The position numbers and the translations under genes are program-made. Of a stretch of 64,000 nt of DNA, positions 12,959 to 24,522 are shown piece after piece (position 1 is the first letter of the stretch; each line of letters starts with the position of its first letter). The notes below the pieces were generated by a model. That model searched no databases. It was not told where the DNA came from and saw only the letters and a list, made by a program, of their open reading frames with translations. This DNA is from Takakia lepidozioides (taxonomy: Eukaryota; Plantae; Bryophyta): NCBI GenBank assembly GCA_030704615.1, contig CM060731.1, positions 41,416,001 to 41,480,000 of the forward strand. Direction: 5' to 3'.

Positions 12959-14327
12959 ATGATTCCGTCGGAGCATTGATTCATCTCCAAAAATTGTGGC
13001 TCAATAATTGTACAACACTCAAAGGCCTCCCAGACTCCATTGGTAATCTTGCAAATTAAAAGTCCTCAACCTTGAGGGTTGTTCCAACATACAAGTCATA
13101 CCTCATTGTTTGGGGCTACTGAAATAGCTTGAAATGTTGGACCTTTCTTCTTGTACGAGCTTGGAGATGTTGCCTGATTCCATCGGAACATTGATTCATC
13201 TCCAAAATTTGTGGCCCAAGAATTGTACAGCACTCAAAGGCCTGCCAAACTCCATTGACAATCTTGCAAAGTTAAAAGGCCTCAGCCTTGAGGGTTGTTC
13301 CTGCAACATACAAGCCGTGCTTCATTGTTTGGGGCTGTGGAAAGAGCTCGAAGAGTTAGATCTCTCTTCTTGCACGAGCTTGGAGAGCTTGCCTGAATCC
13401 ATCGGAACATTGATTCATCTTCAACGACTGCGGCTCATGAATTGTACAACACTCAAAGGCATGCCAGATTCCATTTGTAATCTTGTAAAGTTAAAAGTCC
13501 TCATTCTTGAGGGTTGTTCCAACATACAAGTCGTGCCTCATTGTTTGGGGCTGTTGAAATAACTCGAAGTGTTGGACCTCTCTTCTTGTACGAGCTTGGA
13601 GAGGTTGCCTGATTCCATCGGAGCATTGATTCATCTCCAAAAATTGTGCCTCAATAATTGTACAGCACTCAAAGGCCTGCCAAACTCCATTGGTAATCTT
13701 GCAAAGTTAAAAGTCCTTAGCCTTGAGGTTGTTCCTGCAACATACAAACCGTGCTCGATTGTTTGGGGCTATTGAAAGAGCTCGAAGAGTTGGACTTAGA
13801 GACTTTACGAGCTTGGATAGGTTCCGTGATTCCATTGGAGCATTGATTTATCTCCAAAAATTGTGGCTCAAGAATTGTAGAGCACTCAAAAACCTACCAG
13901 ACTCCATTGGTATTCTTGCAAAGTTAAAAGTCCTCAACCTTGAGGGTTGTTCCAACATACAAGTAGTGCCTCATTGTTTGGGGCTGTGGAAAGAGTTCGA
14001 AGAGTTGGACCTCTCTTCTTGTACGAGCTTGGAGAGCTTGCCCGATTCCATCGGAGCCTTGAATCATCTCCAAAAATTGTGGCTCAAGAATTGTACAGCA
14101 CTCAAAGGCATGCCCGACTCCATTGGTAATCTTGCAAAGTTTAAAAGTCCTCAACCTTGAGGGTTGTTCCTGCAACGTACAAGCAGTGCTTGATTATTTG
14201 GGGTTGTTGAAAGAGCTCGAAGTGTGGGATCTCTCTTCTTGCACCAGCTTGGAGTTGCCTGAATCCATCGGAACATTGATTCATCTCGAACAATTGTGGC
14301 TCATTTATTGTACAACACTCAAAGGCT
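8870..14327 (+). repeat. Tandem array of ~25 units of 216 bp (some 219 bp), each encoding three 24-aa LRRs
   Basis: Unit consensus LIHLQKLWLINCTALKGLPDSIGN-LAKLKFLYLRGCSNIQVVPDCLGQ-LKELEELDLSSCTSLERLPDSIGA. About 19 units lie in ORF 8726..12958 and 6-7 degenerate units follow. Confidence 0.97.
12959..14327 (+). pseudogene. Out-of-frame, degenerate LRR units downstream of the NLR reading frame
   Basis: +2 frameshift at ~12914 (GAGCTCTGGAAGAG vs GAGCTCGAAGAG), in-frame stops (AAATAG ~13125, AAATAA ~13560) and further indels; truncated at 14327 by the inverted-repeat arm. Confidence 0.9.
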
Positions 14328-15663
14328 CCTTGACACAAATGGTAATGTAAGTCGCGAAATCTGGAGTGTAGACCATCTCGGCTCTCTGGTATGGTTCTGG
14401 GTGGCGCCCAGCCCAACCAGCACTACCCGCATTATTTGTTTTCCCCCACTCCATCTTCTCGAGTGGTTGCTCCTTGTACTGTCTTGCGTTTCAACAGTCT
14501 CCCTCGTTATTCATAACCATTCTTCCCAACATACCCGTCTTGATCAATATCATGCTTCGCATCTGAGGGTGGTATGGAATTAGCCTTCTGTTGCTGTTCT
14601 CATTTGTCATGCTACATGGTTTTTGCGGGTCATCCAATCTTTGACAGATCTGAAGTGAATCTGATGTCTATCCTCTAAAATGGAGCCATTAAGATGTTTT
14701 TGGATGGTGTTTGGTTCAGACGAAACATAATGAGATTCCATGTGGGTTGTGAAGATGCTCTGTGCCGTAGCAATCGAGATGAAGGGCCGGCGATTATTGA
14801 CGGAGACGATCTGTCAGAGGCAACGGCCATTCATTACGTGGTGTATAGCCTTTATAACTACAGAATACGTGAATGCCAACAGGATGGATTCCCCCAAGCC
14901 TTCGCTTTGCTTGGAAGGTGGCTGGAGTCGTGCTTTGTGAGATATGTGGAGAAGATGACGATATCCGTATGAGCCCGTTGGTATACAGAGAAATGTTTTT
15001 AGGAAAAGAACGAGTATGGAGGAGAATCACTCGTAGTCGATGTCAGGAGAAGGACATGGACAGAGTGAAAAGAGCACCACATAGGAGGGGGGAGGTATCT
15101 AGACTTTCTTGCTGTAGATTAATGTTTACCTTTGGTGTGCACTTGACCTTGCTAAGGTGCCAAGGACACGTTTAATGTGCTTTGGCTGCTTGGGCTGCTT
15201 TGTCTGATGACTTCTTCCTGGAGTTTTTGGAGCTTGACTAGTGGCTACCCCAGTGAACTGCCTGGTGGACCTCTGTTACTTATGCTTATCACCTTCCACA
15301 AGTGATCTGCAGTCTTTGCTTTGTTGCTTTAAGAGCTGGCGTCACTGGAATGGTTCTCTTTCAACTATTCCAGAAGCTTTCATAGCAGTCCAAAACTGGA
15401 TGCCTGCATGTGAAAGTAGACTTCACACACGATTTCATACTAAGCAAACTGTAATTCTGTCTGGAGTCATTCTCAGGATGTGCACTTACACCTATGATTT
15501 CAGATTGTTTTTGGGCAAGTTCTTTGGGGTACCTCCTTTGTAGTGATCGTAGCGGTGGCCCTTGTTCTGGCATGTTGTCACCCTTTCCATATTAACCCCT
15601 AAATACCTAAGAGGCCATCCAATGGCCTCATGGTTTCACTTCAACACAAAAGTTCTCAATGGA
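14328..15663 (+). pseudogene. Duplicated 3' fragment of RDR-gamma (part of last intron, last exon, 3' flank)
   Basis: Homologous to ~27755-29214; peptide SLRFAWKVAGVVLCEICGEDDDIRMSPLVYREMFLG; frameshifted. Confidence 0.88.
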
Positions 15664-16329
15664 GGACTAACACAATTAGTACTTCTCTATGCTGATGATG
15701 TTGTTCTATTAATCTCCTGTCTTCCTACAATGGCACCTTGGCATCCTGGAAGACTTCTCCGAAGACTACAGGTTGCAGGTCAATCTTAGCAAAACCAAGA
15801 TCATGGTTTTCAATGGCCATGTGGATCGGAGATTCCTCTTCAACCAGCAAGAGAGAGGACATGAAATCATACCCATACCTGGGTCTGGTCATCCACTTAC
15901 CCAAAATCAGTTTGCATCGTCTGCTATGGACAGATTGACGAAGGGTAACGCTGCCACCATACACCTTCAGGATAAATGCAAACAAATGCATTCCCAAAAA
16001 GTGGCTTCGAATCGGTTGTCACCCTGCTGCCACTCATGGCTGTGAGTTCTGGGCACCTGGTGTTCCAGTTTCCTGGTGGGAAGAAATTTCTGGAACCATT
16101 GCAACGGTCTTTCTTCCAAGGAATGCTTGGAGCTAGAGATACAACACCATCACAAATTCATGTGCGGAATTTGCATATGTACCGAGGCCATCTTGCAGCA
16201 AGGTTACAAGCCCTTCCACCCAAAGGTCTGACAGCCCGGGCCTCACAACATCTATCAGGTTCGGAACCGCAAGTTTCAAGCTGCGTCCAACAATGCATCA
16301 GAAGTGAACTTATGGAACTCCACATAAAC
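14328..16329. repeat. Right arm of the inverted repeat (partner 1-1994)
   Basis: Near-identical reverse complement of 1-1994 with a few indels (e.g. 15560-15595 vs 735-765). Confidence 0.97.
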
Positions 16330-16975
16330 TGTACTGGGTGACATTCTTGGTTTTCCATTAAGATAGAATCTTGCGGCCCAATTTCCCGTCTGAAGCTCTA
16401 TCTCCCATTCTTCTGAGGGCATTTGGGAGATTCAGGGTCGGTTCCCTTGCCTGCAGATACACTGATAGGTGGGAAAATCTGTAACTGGAGGACCCCCTAT
16501 GCCCTGCTTGCGTTGCGAACAACTGGGAAATGAAAGTGCAGAACATTTCTTCTTTCACTGCCCTTTCTACTATGGGATCCGCGGTAGATTCAACTGTATA
16601 TTCGAAGACACCCAATCTCTCATGGAGATCTTCCATTACGAGGATCAGAAATTCTTGGCATCTTACCTCCATGAAGTGTCGACTCTTAGACAATCCTTTG
16701 AGCAATAGTTGCTTTGGGCTGCTTGTGGCCCCTCTCTCTTCCTTGTTTCTTGTTCCTTGTCTGTTCCAAGGTAAGTCATACTACCGGTGTCAGCCCCTGA
16801 CAAAGGTAGTTTCTGTCCCTTTGTGTCCCGCTCAAACTGAGCATGGGGACAACCGCCACAAGGCTACGGCAACAACGTCGTATGATCTCTTCCTTGTTTC
16901 TTGCTTCCTTCTGTCCCGGAAGCTCTTTGAGCTTTCTGCGGATGTTATAGAGTACCATTTCATTTCATTTTTCAT
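15664..16975 (+). mobile_element. 5'-truncated LINE family A (RTE/RTEX-like) with C-terminal CCHC knuckle and (CATTT)n tail
   Basis: YADDVVL RT motif; CLRCEQ..EHFFFHCP knuckle; ends GTTATAGAGTACCATTTCATTTCATTT. Confidence 0.87.
16753..16885 (+). mobile_element. 3'-terminal fragment of LINE family B nested in the family A 3' UTR
   Basis: Matches the 3' UTR of the 60128-61758 element; flanked by the 18-bp duplication TCTCTTCCTTGTTTCTTG (16735-16752 / 16886-16903). Confidence 0.85.
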
Positions 16976-19900
16976 TGGTTCGTTCTTTCCTGAAGACTCC
17001 AGGGCATTCCCCTCCTAGAGTTGAAGCCTGTTTGTCTCTTTTCTTGTTGTCCACGTACAAAGCTTACAAGCTTTGAACTGGTCGAGGTGTGCAGGCTTCA
17101 GTTGGCTTTGTCTCAAACAGTACAGATACCGTTGGACTTTCCAAGATTAAAGGTGGAGATTATAGATGACGAGATATGCGGGTACAGCGGCTTAACACTG
17201 GCAGTGCTTTGGAACCCAGGGGGTGGGGAGGTATAGTGACCCTTTGCATTTGCATCTTGAGAGTGTACAGAATTGATTCAGTTATCGCCCCCGCATTGAA
17301 GTCTGGATATGCACATCACTACGGTACATCTCCAACCCTCTCCACTAAACTTGGCTGCAAAGCATCCCCTGCCCCTGTTCCCCTTGCAGCCTTCTCCTGA
17401 GGCATTCTTGCTTTCATCTTGGACAAAGGTGTAGACTAGCCACTTTGGAAGGTCGCTGAAGGTCCCAGAGCAATCTGAGGACAAGTGCTGTTGTTGTTGT
17501 TTCTGGATGTATGAGTGAGCAAGCTTCTAAGGTGAGTATGTTCTTTGCAGGATGAGAGTGGGGAAGCTGTCAAAGATGGTAATAAGATTCACACAGATGG
17601 TTGCGGTTATATCTCACGAAATTTGGCCATCCTCTGCCCTAAAAGGATCTTCAAGGGGTGCAAGCAGAGGCAATCTCATCCTAAGAAAGCAGAAGAGGTG
17701 GACACCAAAACTATGAAGTGGTTAACTGGAATGTGGGTGTAACTTGTGAAGTAGTGAACCTGCTGAATGCTAATAATTTCGCCAGATGGAAGACTAATGG
17801 CAGCTAATCTTGTGTCTGGTGCATGACCACTATCAAAAAAGGAATATCCACTCATGATGCAAGTACGCCTGTTTGAGAAAGGAAATGTTTGGAAAGGGGT
17901 TCTCCTTGTCAACTGCAAGGTATGATTCTATACTAGTCACTGTCTGCTCTCATTTATAGTATAGAGAGGACTTGAACTCCTGCAGAGTTCGCTGATGTGT
18001 ACCCTTGAGCTTTGATAGACCTCCTGGAGTTGATGATGGACATATAAACTTACCAGCCTGAATATATGTACTTTCAATCATGCTGCAGTTACATGGGATT
18101 GAGTACTAACACTGTAGCTGATTTGATGTCTCATCTGTGGCTCTGATTGCACAGACAGTTGCACTGTAGAGTCTATACACTATAAACAAACTCTATAATG
18201 TCCACAGGAAGCTCAAATAGTTTCTGAGACAAGAACTTGAATAAAGGAACAAACTGCTACAAAGTTGTCTAACTGGCTCTCAATGATGGAATGATTCCGA
18301 GCTGTTATAACCTGTGCATGACTTGACGCAATCTACTCTCCTATCACATCATGCGTGGGTATGACATGAGAAAATTAGAAATATTGCACTTTCATTAGGT
18401 TGACAAAACATGCAGTCCTACTTCAGGGATGAAGGGTATCCTGTGTCCTTAGGTGGCTGAGATTTGGCTATTTGATGCTTTCATGGTTGTGCCTTGTATA
18501 CAAGCCGGTTCAAACAACTTGTCTGAAAGCTTAGTTATCAACTGACTTGTGCCTGTCCATTGGTTCACTTACATAGAGTTCTACGCTCCCATTACCGGAG
18601 CAAATATTTGCACATACTTCAACAATGAATGTTTTTTTCCAATTTGGCTAACAGTTTCAGAGCAATATTCACACTTGAGTGATTTTCTTATGCCTTTTTT
18701 GCAGTGGTTGCACTTGTAATATCCTTTCCCATCTCTGTTTACAACATCTCCTATGTATGAGCTTGTCACCTGAATGTCTGACCATATCTTATTTATTAAC
18801 TTAGGCCTTGAAGGGAATTCTACCTACAGCCCCTTCACCTCAGTACCATGCATATGAATATTTAAGAGTAAAATCGGAGTTCTTTTTCAAGTTTCTGACC
18901 TTGGTTGGTGATTTCTGTGGTGTACACTGAGACAAGCAGCTCCCTGATGACACAATCCAAGTGCGCCCGTCAATGCGTAAGGTGAAAAGGGATGAAAAAC
19001 TCAAGTCCCCTACGTTCAATTCTCTGGAGTTGTGCAACACCAGGTTTGTCATCTTGGTGAAGAATCTTGTTTAAAAATTTGGTGCTTGTGAACTTCGTAC
19101 TTACATTCTAAGCTCCATGATTGGAGAAATGATCTTTTGGGAACTGCAGGTACTCCTGTAACTTGCTGAAAATTTCTGTCTATACCACATTCCATCAGTC
19201 TGGCAGTGTTGTAAGCTTGTCTCTTGACTAAATAGGCACATTTACTGACCTCAGATTCTACCAAAGCCTGCCTGACTGATTCTTGTTTTATGTAATTGTC
19301 ACTTTTGAATTCTTTTACTTGCTTCCAACAAAACTAGTTGATAGGTCACTCGAATTAATAGTCAAGTTTAGCCATCCATTGCACAGAGACATCTTGGAAG
19401 GGCAATTAGAAGTCAAAAGCCACTCGGACAGTCAGGTAGGGCAGGGTGCCCTGTGTGTTGATGAAGTGCTTGGGATGGTGTATTAGTTTGGAAAGAAGCT
19501 CATACATCCATGTTATTTTGTGACTGTTTGTGTGCTCGGCTTGAATGGGTAGTCGCAAGCCACCAAATGCGAAGTTGTTTCAGCATCTTGTGCTGTTGCT
19601 GAAAATTGGAGGAGTTTCAGAGGAAGTTCTTATTCAATTTGTCGCAAATGGGATTGAGGAGGTCAAGACATATTTTCGCAGTCGTTATGCAGCAAGGAGA
19701 GGTTCGTTAGCCATACTTTGGTGAACAAGCTGGTCTTGAGGTTATTGCAGTTGAGGTCAGTTTTGGGAAGTGTGGCTCCTTGTTTCTGAGTGTTTCTGTG
19801 TCCAAATTCCTTCAATTTTGAATGGGTTGCCTCAGACAATTTGCGAACCACATCAGGCCCTATCCAGTTTGACTCAAACTGTGCTGGGAAATTCTCAGTC

Positions 19901-20793
19901 CTTGTGGTCTGTATTTTTAGCCTATGGTAGGATACTGTCCCTCGGCTTGGCTTCCTGACAAACCTGCTACATTATCATTGTACACTCTTGGTCCTCAGCT
20001 CAATAAGTATGTATTCATTGTAGTTGATGTGTCTTCTACTGTTGTTGATAAGCAATAGCCAATTAGTTCTCCTTGACATCCTGAACTTGTGCCATGCTTG
20101 AAACTCAGACTTGTGACATTCTGATACCACATGTTCTCTTTTCTGATTGTATCTTCATGCCTTGTTGGTTGTCCTGTTGTTGTGGGGCATATTGTGCTTG
20201 CCGTTTTGCGACCCCTGCTTTGTGCATGGAAGATGGCCAGCCAATAAGCATCTGTTGTGGTGTATTTTTCACAAACCAAGGAAGGTTATGTAGGTTATGT
20301 TTCTAATTTATGTTGATCGCCATTTATAAGTCATTCAGTCTCCCGCCTTACATTGTTTCTAGATTCTGCTTTCAGATTGTATACAACATTTGGTATCTGT
20401 CTTGTAGCTTTGGAGAGCTGCCCGGAGGACCATGATACTGCTGACCTGGCTTTACGAATGCTGTCTGCTGGACTGCTATTGGATGAACATTATCTACGGA
20501 AAATACTATGGGATATACTCAAAGGACGCCTCCAAGAGTTTAGCAAGGCACGGGTGCCTGTGCCCCAATGCAAATATCTCATGGGCTGTGCTGATCCAAG
20601 CGGCCTTTTGGAGAGAAACCAGGTCGCCATCATTCTGTGAGTTGAAGTTATAATTATAGCCACACAGACCCTTTGGTCATCCTGTTCTCCCTCTCATCCT
20701 GTTTGTTTTTTATTCCCATGTTGAACACTAGGCTTGAACTGCCTTTCTCTGTGGATGTCTTCGTTTCATCCTCTTTCTTTCTGAAAAACTAGG

Positions 20794-20992
20794 CCACACA
20801 GCAGGTTGATGCTTGTGTGAAGGGATTTCTAGAGGATATCTGGCAAACCCGGATCAATGTTCTATATCAAGGTAAGTCCTACTACTGACGTCAGCCCCTG
20901 ACAGAGGTAGGTTCTGTCCCTTGGTGTTCTGCTCAAACTGGGTGCGGGGTCAATGGCCACAAGGCTACAGCAAACAACGTCTTATGAGTACA
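20794..20992 (+). mobile_element. 5'-truncated LINE family B copy (3' end only) in an RDR intron
   Basis: Homologous to 60128-60330 (reverse complement); TSD TTCTGAAAAACTAGG at 20779-20793 / 20993-21007. Confidence 0.9.
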
Positions 20993-22070
20993 TTCTGAAA
21001 AACTAGGGCCCTTCCCTAGTGATCATAAATCTGGTGAGTCCTGTACTAGGTTATATGGATTTCGGAACCCAGAGGTGCAGATCCAAATTTATGGTGAAGA
21101 TGGAATGAAGTGTCATAAACTGTCTGTGCTATATGTATGCCATCCTCACCATTATTCCTTTGGGTGTTAGATTCCCTTTTCACTGATGGCAAAGTGCGTA
21201 ATGGGTTTTCTTTGGAATGAGAGGCCTTCTTTGACAGCATATTCTAGACTTGACCTCCAACCGTCTATTGGTCCTGGTACCATGAATTCACCTGCATGTA
21301 GTTGTCTTCATGATGAAAAATTATTTTGGATCAAACTTGGAATGCAAGAATAAGTGTTCACCAGGTTGAGAATTGTGATCCCCATTCTCCTCTGCTTTCA
21401 TCACCTTGCCCTTGTAAGCCCTTTCTCTGTTCCATTCAAATGATGCACAGAATATGGCTACACTATGCTTCTGGCATGCAGCCTCGGATGATGTGCTGAT
21501 TGAAAATCCAATCCTGTAGCATTTGTCAATGGAATGATACTTGCATACGAAAGGATACTTGCATTCGAGGATCTTCTCTAATGTAATCAATCAATAATCA
21601 ATTGATTTGGGGTTGCGGAGAGGATGGACCATTATATAAACAGAAGGTGCTGGTGTACAACCTGGAATTCATCCTGGTGACATCCACATCTTTGAAGCAA
21701 CTTGGAAGAAGGAGATCGAGGATGTTATTGGCAATGGAAAATATGGCATTTTCTTTTCTACAAAGGGCTCTAGGTCAATCACTGATGAAATGGAAAACAG
21801 CGACCTCGATGGAGATCTGTATTGGATATGCTGGAATCATGAGGTTTGTTGCTGAAGACCTTCCTGTCCTTTCGATGTGGGCAACAGTGAGATGAAGGCA
21901 AATATGTGGAGGACACGATAAATATTTTGGAAATGTGAAGGAGTGTAACCTATGTGGTAGACCTTTCTGGTATCTCGTAGGTATGGGTTCACGCACAGTC
22001 TCTGGTGGATAGAGCAAAAACAAAGTAAAAATGTTCGTATTATTCACAAAGGGAAAAACTCATCCTCAAT

Positions 22071-23570
22071 TGAAATGAAATGGTGCTTTATAACGTCCGC
22101 GGATAGCTCATAAAGCTTATGGGACAAAATGGAAGAAAACATGAGAGAGAAACAAATCCAGAACCCAAGAATAAAAACTAATGTTCTAACGATTGTCTAA
22201 GGGTGAAGGCCTTGTGCAGGTAGGCTGCCAAGCATTTTTGATCCTCATAGTGGAAGACATCAGTGAGAGTTTGGGTTCCACTGAATAAACAGTGGAATCT
22301 CCCACGGATCTCGTAGTATAGAGGGCAGTAGAAGAAGAAGTGTTCTTCAGTTTCAATTTCCTGGCTGCGCCCTATGCAAGCTGGACATAGGTGGTCGTCC
22401 CCGTTGCAGGTTTTCCCATCTGCCAGTCTCTATACCCACCCTGAACCGCCCCAATGCCCTCAGGAGGGAAGGAGATAAGGATGCTGAAAGGTAATTTGGT
22501 CTCAAGATTCTATCATCTCGGAGCACCAAGAATGTCTCTCGATAGAAGTGGAGCTTTGTCGTGAGATTGGGTAGCTTCCAAGTTCTCTTGACATGTAATT
22601 CCATAAGCTCTCTCCTAATGAGTCTGTTGCAGTCATGTCTGGATGTGATGTCCACCTCATCTGGATTCATTGGTAATAGGAGAGTCCGTTGCGTTGAAAT
22701 AAACTGTCCACTCGAGCATACCAGGAGTTCCTGAAACCTGCATCTTTGAGCCTCATAGATGTTGCGAGGGCCCTTGCCACGAGCCCCTTGGGTGGAAGGG
22801 CCTGTAATCTATGGAGAAAGATTGTAAGCCGGAAGGAAACCAGCCTGTCCCTCAGCACGAATGCGAGAGGACTCAGCCCAATCATCCAGTTCCATGGCCA
22901 CTACTGCCCCAAACAGTTTAGCAAGTAACGAGGACACCATAATAGTATGATAGTTGGTCGGTGCGAGCCTGTCACCGCTCTTGAAGAGTGGGTGGATGAT
23001 GCTCTTTGTCCACTCTGTTGGAAAGCCCCGTTGCACTACCTCATTGAAGAGGTGAGCTATAAAAGGGGCTAAAGTAGGTGCAGCATGCTTGATGAATTCA
23101 CTCTGAAGTCCTGAAATGTCGGCTGCCCTGCCATTTTGCAGCTTCTTGATTGCCTTGCTGACATTGGCCGTAGTAAAGAGAGAGAAGTGAAGGGGTTTAG
23201 AGGTTATGGGAGAATGAGTTTGGGTTGGGGAATGGTACAAAGACTGGGCATACTCATGCCAGACGTGAATGTCAGTGATTGGGGGAGGGTCTCTATGAGG
23301 TTTAAGGAGGGACCAAAAAGAACGAGGAGAAAATCTGATTTTAGCAAGGAAAGAAGATTGCAACTTGATACTGTCTGCTCCTCCAAGTCTTTGTCTCGGG
23401 CAGCGAGCACTTGCTGCAAAGTCTCCTCCGAAAGTAGGGAACTTGATCACAGGAGCGCATGGAAGCGGTCTCAGGGGCATGGGCTTGTGCCCAGTTCGGA
23501 CTGAGCAAAAATTGTCGATGGGGGACAGATAATAAGCAGGCGGAATGACTGCACTAGCATCACTGAACAC
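22071..23570 (-). mobile_element. LINE family A, internally deleted (RT core missing), in an RDR intron
   Basis: ORF 22809..23570: KKLQNGRAADISG, WTKSIIHPLFKSGD and EGQAGF are joined directly to the 3' region (RLQALPPKGL, GRFRVGIETGRW); (GAAAT)n tail at ~22071-22082. Confidence 0.88.
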
Positions 23571-24386
23571 TCCTGCAATTGTGGGAGTAATGGAGTAAGT
23601 AACATTTGTGCTGGCTTGAAACTGATTCTGCCAGTCCTAAAGTGCACCCAAATGCCTTTAGTACCCATGCAAAGCTACCATGATTGATGGCATGGAATTG
23701 AGTGTTCGATGTGCAGGATGCTATACCGATAATGTTGGATGTACACATGATGGTCTGAGACTTGGTAACATCAGCACAATATTAAGACTGCGTCTCTATG
23801 TTGCACCAGTTCAGGTCTTAAGTTGGGCTGGTGCAATTTCTGTTGGCGTCACCTTAATGTCTGCATGGACCTGTTACTCTGTACTTATGCAGATGATTTT
23901 TTCCTGACACATTTATTAATAGTAGTGACCAGCTTGTACTAGAAGGGGATGTTCCAGGTGCAGGAAGCCACTGCAGCTACCCTTTCAGCAATCCCCTTTG
24001 AGCAGTTTTGCTCAATGTTTGCTTTCTTAGGACAAGCTAATGTGAAATTTCGTTGCTACTTCATAAGTGTTAGTGAGCTAACAACATGATTGCCTGACTT
24101 CTCTGGTTCTTTCAGAAAGGGCAGAAACTGAGTTCAAAGATTTGTAGCATGGTATCCCCATGATTTGAGCTTAGGGTTCTGTGTTGGGAGCTGATGATCT
24201 CAGTGGAGAGTGGTGGCCGCTTGTGACTGCCACACATGACGAAGTTGATGGTCATAGGCTTCATGATTGACAGCACAATGTTAAGACTACACTCTATGTT
24301 GTGTTAATTTAGCTTTTAACTTGAAATGATCCAGCATCTACTTTGTGTTACCTTTTAATGTCTGCGTGGAGTTTTTATTCTGTACT

Positions 24387-24522
24387 TGAAATGAAATGAA
24401 ATGAAATGGTGCTTTATAACGTCCGCGGAAAGCTCATAGAGCTTATGGGACAAAATGGAAGAAAACATGAGAGAGGAACAAAACCAGGACCCAAGGATAA
24501 GAACTAATGTTCTAGCGATTGT
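24387..24522 (-). mobile_element. Short 3'-end copy of LINE family A
   Basis: (GAAAT)4 followed by GGTGCTTTATAACGTCCGCGG, nearly identical to 22072-22197. Confidence 0.85.

Noticed and set aside
9082-12990. Repeated 67-aa minus-strand ORFs (MESGNLSKLV...)
   Set aside because: Antisense shadows of the LRR unit.
8870-14327. CRISPR-like or DGR-like array (conserved repeats with NNC codon variation resembling AAC mutagenesis)
   Set aside because: The repeats are contiguous coding LRRs with no unique spacers, cas genes, template repeat or DGR reverse transcriptase. Non-A-derived codons (NNG) vary as well, so diversifying selection plus conversion is sufficient.
12959-15175. In-frame NLR-RDR fusion protein (integrated domain)
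   Set aside because: The LRR frame ends at 12958, the junction falls in an RDR intron, and the RDR exon copy is frameshifted.
1-16329. Inverted repeat as the TIRs of a giant transposon, or as a pure read-chimera artefact
   Set aside because: The arms are RDR gene plus LINE sequence with no transposase-type termini. Indel differences between the arms argue against an exact artefactual copy, although raw reads are needed to exclude it.
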